Part shown: positions 57,746 through 64,000 of the stretch, piece after piece
How the letters are laid out: each line of letters opens with the position of its first letter
How positions within the stretch are numbered: position 1 is the first letter of the stretch
Source: Actinomycetota bacterium
GTDB lineage: Bacteria; Actinomycetota; Acidimicrobiia; Acidimicrobiales; Ilumatobacteraceae
Assembly (NCBI GenBank): GCA_007279905.1
Contig: QYPH01000010.1
Span: forward strand, 978-64,977
Direction: 5' to 3'
DNA length: 64,000 nucleotides
Translations under genes and position numbers: made by a program
Notes under the pieces: model-generated
Seen by the model: the letters and a program-made list of their open reading frames with translations, nothing else
Told to the model about the DNA's origin: nothing
Database searches by the model: none

Positions 57746-59394
57746 ACACGCCAGAGCCGTTCGTACATACAGAGTTACTGCCTCTCGGTCCGGACGCCAC
57801 CGAGTATCGACTCATTTCGAAGGAAGGCATCTCTACATTCTCGACAAGTGAAGGCACATTTCTCAAAGTTTCCCAACAAGCGATCACGCTTCTTACCGAG
57901 CATGCAATGCATGACATTGCACATTTGCTGCGCACTTCGCATTTGCAACAACTCGCAAATATTCTTCAAGACACAGAGGCCAGCGACAACGATCGCTTTG
58001 TAGCTCTTGACTTGCTCAAGAATGCCGGCATCGCTGCTGGTGGCGTATTGCCAATGTGTCAAGACACCGGAACCGCAATTGTCAAAGCCAAAAAAGGTCA
58101 GCATGTGTTCACTGGTGGCAACGACGAAGAAGCAATCAGTCGCGGTATCTACAACACCTATCTCACAAGCAACCTTCGCTACAGCCAGCTTGCACCGCTG
58201 TCGATGTTTGAAGAAGTCAATACCGACACCAATCTTCCTGCCGAAATCAAGATCGCTGCAGTTGCAGGCGACGAATACAAGTTTTTGTTTATCGCCAAAG
58301 GTGGCGGTTCAGCCAACAAGAGTTACTTGTTCCAAGAGACGAAGGCACTGCTCAACGAAAAAACATTGCTGCCCTGGCTCTTCGACAAAATGATTACGCT
58401 TGGCACTGCAGCGTGCCCGCCGTATCACTTGGCAATTGTGATTGGTGGAACATCGGCAGAGTTTGCGGTGGAGACGGCGAAACTTGCAAGTACGCACTAT
58501 CTCGATTCATTGCCAACATCGGGCAGCAAAGCTGGTCACGCATTTCGCGATATTGAATTGGAAGCCAAAGTGCTCAAACTCGCACAACAAACTGGCATTG
58601 GTGCTCAGTTCGGTGGCAAATACTTTTGCCACGATGTGCGTGTTATTCGCCTCCCGCGTCACGGCGCAAGTTGCCCTATCGCAATGGCTGTTTCGTGCAG
58701 TGCAGATCGTCAAGCTCTCGGCAAGATCACCGCTGACGGAATCTTCCTAGAAGTGCTCGAGACAGACCCATCACGTTTTCTGCCGGAAATAACCGAAGAC
58801 CAATTGGCATCCGAAGTCGTTGCGATCGATCTCAATCAACCGATGGACAAAATTCGCGACACACTTTCGCAATACCCAGTCAAGACTCGCGTGATGTTGA
58901 GCGGCCCGATGGTGGTAGCTCGCGACATTGCGCACGCAAAAATCAAAGAACGCTTGGATGCCGGCAAAGGACTGCCCCAGTACCTCAAAGATCATTGCGT
59001 GTATTACGCAGGCCCAGCAAAAACACCGGTTGGTTATGCATCTGGTTCATTTGGCCCCACAACTGCTGGTCGCATGGATAGTTACGTTGCCGAGTTTCAA
59101 GCCGCAGGTGGCAGTTTCGTGATGCTTGCCAAAGGCAACCGCTCGCGACAAGTCACTGACGCGTGCAACACCTACGGTGGTTTTTATCTCGGCTCTATCG
59201 GCGGCCCTGCAGCACGGCTCGCTCAAGACTGCATCACCAAAGTTGAAGTGCTCGAATATGCCGAACTCGGCATGGAAGCGGTCTGGAAAATCGAAGTCCA
59301 AGACTTCCCTGCATTTATCGTGGTCGACGATAAAGGCAATGATTTTTTTGATGCTGTCAATGCCACAGTTGGCGTGCAGATCAATGTTCGTTAA
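57742..59394 (+). CDS. class I (Fe-S) fumarate hydratase
   Basis: 550 aa, collinear with FumA/FumB-type enzymes ([28 protein letters not shown]). Confidence 0.95.
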   Translation: MNTPEPFVHTELLPLGPDATEYRLISKEGISTFSTSEGTFLKVSQQAITLLTEHAMHDIAHLLRTSHLQQLANILQDTEASDNDRFVALDLLKNAGIAAGGVLPMCQDTGTAIVKAKKGQHVFTGGNDEEAISRGIYNTYLTSNLRYSQLAPLSMFEEVNTDTNLPAEIKIAAVAGDEYKFLFIAKGGGSANKSYLFQETKALLNEKTLLPWLFDKMITLGTAACPPYHLAIVIGGTSAEFAVETAKLASTHYLDSLPTSGSKAGHAFRDIELEAKVLKLAQQTGIGAQFGGKYFCHDVRVIRLPRHGASCPIAMAVSCSADRQALGKITADGIFLEVLETDPSRFLPEITEDQLASEVVAIDLNQPMDKIRDTLSQYPVKTRVMLSGPMVVARDIAHAKIKERLDAGKGLPQYLKDHCVYYAGPAKTPVGYASGSFGPTTAGRMDSYVAEFQAAGGSFVMLAKGNRSRQVTDACNTYGGFYLGSIGGPAARLAQDCITKVEVLEYAELGMEAVWKIEVQDFPAFIVVDDKGNDFFDAVNATVGVQINVR

Positions 59395-60315
59395 TTAGCG
59401 CTTGAGCAAGCTCTTTAAGACTTCACGGGTGTCGTGCGCCTCGTCGGGTGTTCCACCAAACTCCACTCCGCCAAAGTCGGTCACGCCAAATTCTTGTAGC
59501 GCTGCCACTCTGTCAAACACTTCGCTCGCCGAACCAATGATGGCCACATCTTCCGGGCCAGCCACGCCTTCGTGGTCGAGCATTGCGCGGTAGCTAGGCA
59601 ATTGCCCGTACACCACAAAAGTTTTTGCGGCTCGTGCTTTTGCTTCAGCCACATTTTTCGTTACACACATCGGCAGCGCAGCGATTACTCGTGGTGCGGG
59701 GCGGCCAAGTTCTTCTGCTGCTTGCACGATTGTTGGCACAGTGAGTGTGCGCAATGTTTCTGGTCCGGTGCACCACGTGAGTGTTCCTTCGGTAAATGCA
59801 GCAGCAAGCTTGAGCATCTGTGCACCAAGGGCCGCAACTACAACGCCACAACTTTGTGGCTTGCCAATCGTCAATTCGGCATGTGTGGTCAGCACCTCAC
59901 CAGCAAACGACACCTTTTGATTATGAATCAGTGGCATCAAGATCGAGAGGTATTCCTTCATGTGACGCACAGGCTTATCAAACGACATGCCAGTCATGCC
60001 TTCAACAACAACTTTGTGACCAAGCCCAATACCAAGGGTAAGACGGCCGCCTGCTGCTTGGTTTGCCGTCAGTGCTTGCTGAGCAAGCATCATTGGGTGA
60101 CGCGGATACACAGGGATCACGCTGGTCCCGAGTTCAATGCGCGGTACTTCACGACCAACGACGCTCAATGTGCTCAACGCATCAAGACCAAAAATCTGCG
60201 ACTGCCAATATGAGGCAAACCCGTCGCGCTCTGCCTGAGCTGCTTCGGCAACGACGCCATCAATGGTGCTGTCGTTGCTAGATCCAAAAATTCCGATGTT
60301 CATCCGTTTTGTCAT
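59395..60315 (-). CDS. LLM-class F420-dependent oxidoreductase
   Basis: Luciferase-like TIM barrel (LTLGIGLGHKVVVE). Its stop directly abuts the fumarase stop. Confidence 0.8.
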   Translation of the reverse strand: MTKRMNIGIFGSSNDSTIDGVVAEAAQAERDGFASYWQSQIFGLDALSTLSVVGREVPRIELGTSVIPVYPRHPMMLAQQALTANQAAGGRLTLGIGLGHKVVVEGMTGMSFDKPVRHMKEYLSILMPLIHNQKVSFAGEVLTTHAELTIGKPQSCGVVVAALGAQMLKLAAAFTEGTLTWCTGPETLRTLTVPTIVQAAEELGRPAPRVIAALPMCVTKNVAEAKARAAKTFVVYGQLPSYRAMLDHEGVAGPEDVAIIGSASEVFDRVAALQEFGVTDFGGVEFGGTPDEAHDTREVLKSLLKR

Positions 60316-60341
60316 GCAACAAAACTACAGGCAGTTGCGCT

Positions 60342-61214
60342 CTACGGCAAGGTCGTAGTGGTATCAGGTATCACATCTACTGGCACAGTCGTTTCGCTTT
60401 CAACAGGCACAGTTTCATCGGGCATTACCCCAGGTACCGGTGCATCCGACTTGAAATAGATCGGCAAACACTCGCCTTCTCGCGTTGGAGCAAACTCAAG
60501 TGCTCGCGCAATTGCCGCAGCAAACACCGACCTACCGTTTGCGGTTAAATGCACACCGTCTTTGCCTATCAATCCGTTGTTTGCGGCGATTGTTCCCCAA
60601 TCCAAAACTGTCACGTTTGGAAATTCGCCGGCCAATTTCATAATCACGTCATTGACTTCCTGTTGACGAGGATTAAACAATGCAGTCGTCAACACCACAA
60701 ATGGCGTGGGCGACAATCCCTCAAAAATCTGGCGCATCTTATTTTCGTAATTTGCCTGATTGCCGTCGTAGTTGGTGCCCAAAAATACAACCGCAGTGTC
60801 CCAACCGTCCTCGAGACGTTGCCCCAATACTTTGAGACCAAAATCGACGAAACTCCCCGACTGCGCTTCTACTTCTACTTTCCAACCCAGCTGCGTCAAC
60901 GTGTCGCACATCTCGTTTCCATAACGGCTTGAGGTACTGGCCATGATCGAGTCGCCGATCATCAGTACACGTGGTCCGCCAACCTGCGGGCCCATCATTG
61001 GTCCGAGCAGTTCTGGAAAGTTGATAGTGATTCCCTCGGGCAACGTCACGAGACTTGCAAAGTTTCCGCCAGGAATACGTCCAACTCCATCAACGACATT
61101 GTCGTTATTCGTCAGCAAATTGACCACACCGCAACTCGTCAGAGTCAAGCAAGAAGCACAGACGAGTGCGGCGATCTTGAGCACTCGTCGCCACGTGGGG
61201 GTTGGGCGAAACAT
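60342..61214 (-). CDS. SGNH/GDSL hydrolase lipoprotein
   Basis: Lipobox LTLTSC; SGNH blocks MIGDSIMAST, LGTNYD, DGVHLT. Confidence 0.8.
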   Translation of the reverse strand: MFRPTPTWRRVLKIAALVCASCLTLTSCGVVNLLTNNDNVVDGVGRIPGGNFASLVTLPEGITINFPELLGPMMGPQVGGPRVLMIGDSIMASTSSRYGNEMCDTLTQLGWKVEVEAQSGSFVDFGLKVLGQRLEDGWDTAVVFLGTNYDGNQANYENKMRQIFEGLSPTPFVVLTTALFNPRQQEVNDVIMKLAGEFPNVTVLDWGTIAANNGLIGKDGVHLTANGRSVFAAAIARALEFAPTREGECLPIYFKSDAPVPGVMPDETVPVESETTVPVDVIPDTTTTLP

Positions 61215-61219
61215 TTGTT

Positions 61220-61633
61220 TTATTCTACGCGATTATTTCGCAACTCGTCTCGTATCGAGGCCAACAACTCATTGGTTGTTTCGCTTGTCTGTGCATTTCC
61301 GTCTGTTCGGTAGCGGCCGTAAGCCTTAATCACAAAAAACATGACGACTCCTACCATCACAAAGTTGAGTGATGCAGTAAAAAGCGATCCGACCGGAATA
61401 AAACTTCCGTTGATGCTGAAACCCTTATCATTAAAATTTGGTTGTGTGCCACCAAAAACGGCGCCAACAAGCCCGCCCAACACACCTTGATTATCTTTGC
61501 CGTCACCGGCAACGGCATCGACAATTGTCTTGAATGCCGCACCCATCACAAATGCGACTGCTACATCCACCACGCTTCCGCGGTTGATAAACATTTTAAA
61601 TTCGTGAACAATGCCAAGCTTCTTTGAATCCAT
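61220..61633 (-). CDS. mscL: large-conductance mechanosensitive channel
   Basis: FKMFINRGSVVDVAVAFVMGAAFKTIVDAV, two TM helices, 137 aa. Confidence 0.9.
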   Translation of the reverse strand: MDSKKLGIVHEFKMFINRGSVVDVAVAFVMGAAFKTIVDAVAGDGKDNQGVLGGLVGAVFGGTQPNFNDKGFSINGSFIPVGSLFTASLNFVMVGVVMFFVIKAYGRYRTDGNAQTSETTNELLASIRDELRNNRVE

Positions 61634-61644
61634 AGCAATCGAGA

Positions 61645-63627
61645 TTACTTGCTGGCAAGTTTCTTTAGCTGCACCCGTGCGTCATTGAAACATGCACCAT
61701 CTGCCAAGTCAGAAAATGAATCGGGAGCAAATGCATTTGCGGTCAACCCACCTTTAATACTGCGGCGCCACAACCCTTTGGGCATTGCACACACCCCTTC
61801 ACGCATTGCAGGGTCAATTTCTACTTCTACCGACAATTCGGCACGGTCATTAAATATGGTCACTGTTTCTCCAGTTGAAACACCGTGTAGGCGTGCATCT
61901 GTGGGATGCAATTTCAGCACAACTGGTGGCGGCAACGTGTCTCCAAACATCGAGTTGATTGTGAACGAGGTTGAGGGCGTCAAGAGAGTGAGCGGATGTG
62001 CATCATCGACCAACTGTTCATACTGTGGTCCAGGCATTTCGCTCTCCGATTCCCACACTCGCATTCGCTCACCCTCACAAGATGGAAACACATCACGAAA
62101 CTGAATTGTTCCACCAACCGGTCTTACAGGTGTTGTTCCGCACATCGAATCAGCGACAAGCGCATCAATTGCTTGCTCGGACGCATCAAACTCTTGGCGA
62201 GAATAACCCAGCGCAACGGCAAGTGCTTCTGCCAACTCTCCATTGCTGCGCGACTCGCCAATTCTGTCAATTACCCGACGATTTTCTTGCACTGCATACA
62301 CGCCATAAGAGCCCACCACATCATGAATCTCAAAGTGTGTTGTTGCGGGGAGCACCACGTCGGCCAACAATGCCGTGTCGGTCATGACTTGCTCGTGCAA
62401 CACCACAAATACGCTTTCGTTTGCTAGCCCATCAAGCATTCCTTTTTGATCGACCGCAGTCACTGCAGGGTTTGCTCCTTGAATCACCAATACCTTGGCT
62501 GGCACATGCCATGCTCCAGGCTCGCCGCGCAATACGCGACCAACTCGATTCATGTTCATCTTATTTTGTTCTGGCCGACTGACACCTTGCGGCCATTGAG
62601 CCAACACACTGTTCGGAAACCCACCCGATGTCGAGCCAATGATTCCACTTCCAAGCACTCCAAAGTTTCCGGTCAGCGCCCACATTCCATATGCCGCCAA
62701 GTAGGCGCTGCCACCGTTGCGATTACGCTCCATTCCCCAACCAGCTCGCAACATTGCGGGCTTGATTGTTGTTACCAATTCGGCAAATCGCACAATGTCA
62801 TCGATTGGCACGCCACAGATTTCGCTCGCCCGTTCAAGAGAATATTCATTGGCAGCCAGCAAAAACTGCTCTGCTCCAACCACGTGCTTTTTCACGAAGT
62901 CTTTGTCAACTCGATTGTGCTCATTGATCCACCTGGCAACTGCATATCCAAACACCACATCGGTTCCGGGACGCAAAGCAATATGCAAGTCGGCTCGAGC
63001 CGCTGGCGTTGTGCGTCGCGGATCAACCACCACAACTACTGCACCGTCCTTTTTTGCTTGTGTGATAATCGGCAACATGTGGGTATTGCTTGCTCCCGGG
63101 TTTGCGCCCCACACCACAATGAGTTTTGAGTGCACCAAATCCATTGGGTCGCTCGACAACATGGTGCCAAACACTCGCTCCCATGCCGCAGAGTTGGTGC
63201 CTGCACAAATTGTGTGTTCAATCTCGGGGCAACCAAGCCGCTCAAACAAATATGGCATCAATCGCTTCTTATCAATACGTGTAGATGACGAGTTGTACAA
63301 ATACGGCAACACACTGTCGGGGCCAAATTCGCTGATTGCTCCCGAGATCTTGTTAGCGACAAGCGTTATTGCTTCGTCCCATGAAGCGCTGCGAAATTCT
63401 CCAGAGCCTTTTGCGCCTGTGCGGATCAACGGCGTCATGATGCGCTCTTTGGAATACACGCGCTCGGCGTGATGCTTCACTTTTTTACAAATCCAGCCAT
63501 CGGTTAACGGGTTTGCTTGCTCACCAACAGGTGCGGCATCGATGTCAACAATTTTGCCTAGCTCAACCGTTACTTCAAGTGCACACGAGTCTGGGCAATC
63601 AAGCGGACAGGCGGTAATGATTTTCAT
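61645..63627 (-). CDS. molybdopterin (bis-MGD) oxidoreductase, cytoplasmic, Cys-type
   Basis: N-terminal 4Fe-4S Mo/W-bis-MGD motif CPLDCPDSCALEV, followed by molybdopterin-binding and dinucleotide-binding domains. The frame is uninterrupted. Confidence 0.9.
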   Translation of the reverse strand: MKIITACPLDCPDSCALEVTVELGKIVDIDAAPVGEQANPLTDGWICKKVKHHAERVYSKERIMTPLIRTGAKGSGEFRSASWDEAITLVANKISGAISEFGPDSVLPYLYNSSSTRIDKKRLMPYLFERLGCPEIEHTICAGTNSAAWERVFGTMLSSDPMDLVHSKLIVVWGANPGASNTHMLPIITQAKKDGAVVVVVDPRRTTPAARADLHIALRPGTDVVFGYAVARWINEHNRVDKDFVKKHVVGAEQFLLAANEYSLERASEICGVPIDDIVRFAELVTTIKPAMLRAGWGMERNRNGGSAYLAAYGMWALTGNFGVLGSGIIGSTSGGFPNSVLAQWPQGVSRPEQNKMNMNRVGRVLRGEPGAWHVPAKVLVIQGANPAVTAVDQKGMLDGLANESVFVVLHEQVMTDTALLADVVLPATTHFEIHDVVGSYGVYAVQENRRVIDRIGESRSNGELAEALAVALGYSRQEFDASEQAIDALVADSMCGTTPVRPVGGTIQFRDVFPSCEGERMRVWESESEMPGPQYEQLVDDAHPLTLLTPSTSFTINSMFGDTLPPPVVLKLHPTDARLHGVSTGETVTIFNDRAELSVEVEIDPAMREGVCAMPKGLWRRSIKGGLTANAFAPDSFSDLADGACFNDARVQLKKLASK

Positions 63628-64000
63628 ACAGGGTTTTCTGGAGCATCCAAATCACTGAACATGTCGATATCTCGCAATGGCTTAAAGCCATACCACCACA
63701 CGGCCACAACACCAAGAGTAGCCACGCCACCGCCAATCACTGCCGCTGGTGTTCCAAATGCTTGCGATGCGATTCCAGACTCAAATGCCCCAAGCTCGTT
63801 TGTCGCACCAATAAATACGTTCTCCACTGCCGACACTCTGCCCCGCTTCAAGTCTGGGGTCACTAATGGAACGATTGAGCCGCGAATAAAGACACTCACC
63901 ATGTCGGCAGCGCTGAGTATCAACACGGCGGCAAATGCAATCCAATATGTGTGTGTGGCGCCCAAGACAATCGTGCCAACACCAAAAATACCGACAGCTA
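63624..64000 (-). CDS. MFS-type transporter, C-terminal part (5' end beyond window)
   Basis: Hydrophobic TM segments continue to the window edge. The stop overlaps the oxidoreductase start. Confidence 0.55.
   Translation of the reverse strand, partial: AVGIFGVGTIVLGATHTYWIAFAAVLILSAADMVSVFIRGSIVPLVTPDLKRGRVSAVENVFIGATNELGAFESGIASQAFGTPAAVIGGGVATLGVVAVWWYGFKPLRDIDMFSDLDAPENPV

Noticed and set aside
61645-63627. Molybdopterin oxidoreductase, considered as a Sec-containing formate-dehydrogenase-type enzyme.
   Set aside because: The 660-codon frame has no internal TGA, and a Cys (ICAGTNS region) sits where a Mo ligand would be. It is a Cys-type enzyme.

Overview
This looks like a gene-dense chromosomal core segment from an actinobacterium, with about 65 protein genes and one tRNA. 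The actinobacterial assignment rests on WhiB, a PafB/PafC-like WYL pair, an HU (hupB) locus beside gpsA and cofC/fbiD, a bL37-like micro-ORF, F420-type LLM oxidoreductases and a glf-glfT2 pair. Many neighbouring genes overlap by 1-13 nt or sit back to back, so the genome appears streamlined. I saw no rRNA, CRISPR array, transposase, integrase or prophage.

Most of the window is housekeeping:
- Central and amino-acid functions: birA, acyl-CoA carboxylase alpha, lysS, dapD, pgi, argG, gpsA, rnhB, class I fumarase, mutY, mscL.
- Cell envelope: an LCP protein, a SpoIID-SGNH-PG-binding fusion, an L,D-transpeptidase, GT2 enzymes, glf/glfT2.
- Acyl-CoA metabolism.

The main finding is a selenoprotein gene that the ORF track splits in two (49911..50222 and 50244..50477). 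The two pieces are in one frame, joined through a single TGA. Read through, the site becomes ...EALAD-U-GSCTSC... (a U-G-S-C / U-x-x-C-x-x-C motif). A perfect SECIS-like hairpin starts about 10 nt after the TGA. The gene is translationally coupled to an uncharacterised 486-aa protein with a thioredoxin-like CxxC N-terminus. That operon sits divergently from a flavin reductase-DoxX-ferredoxin operon. A Cys-type selD lies elsewhere in the window, in a tightly overlapping gpsA-unknown-selD-rnhB string. selA, selB and tRNA-Sec are not in the window.

Other notable points:
- The HU gene appears split: its Lys/Ala-rich tail is a separate in-frame 46-codon ORF with its own Shine-Dalgarno sequence.
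- An exported Asp-box protein is separated from an in-frame Cys-pair tail by one TAA.
- A 626-bp AT-rich intergenic region is unusual in this compact context.
- A rhodanese-ThiF protein has its domains in the reverse order to MoeZ.

All calls come from reading the translations and the DNA by eye. No database search was run.
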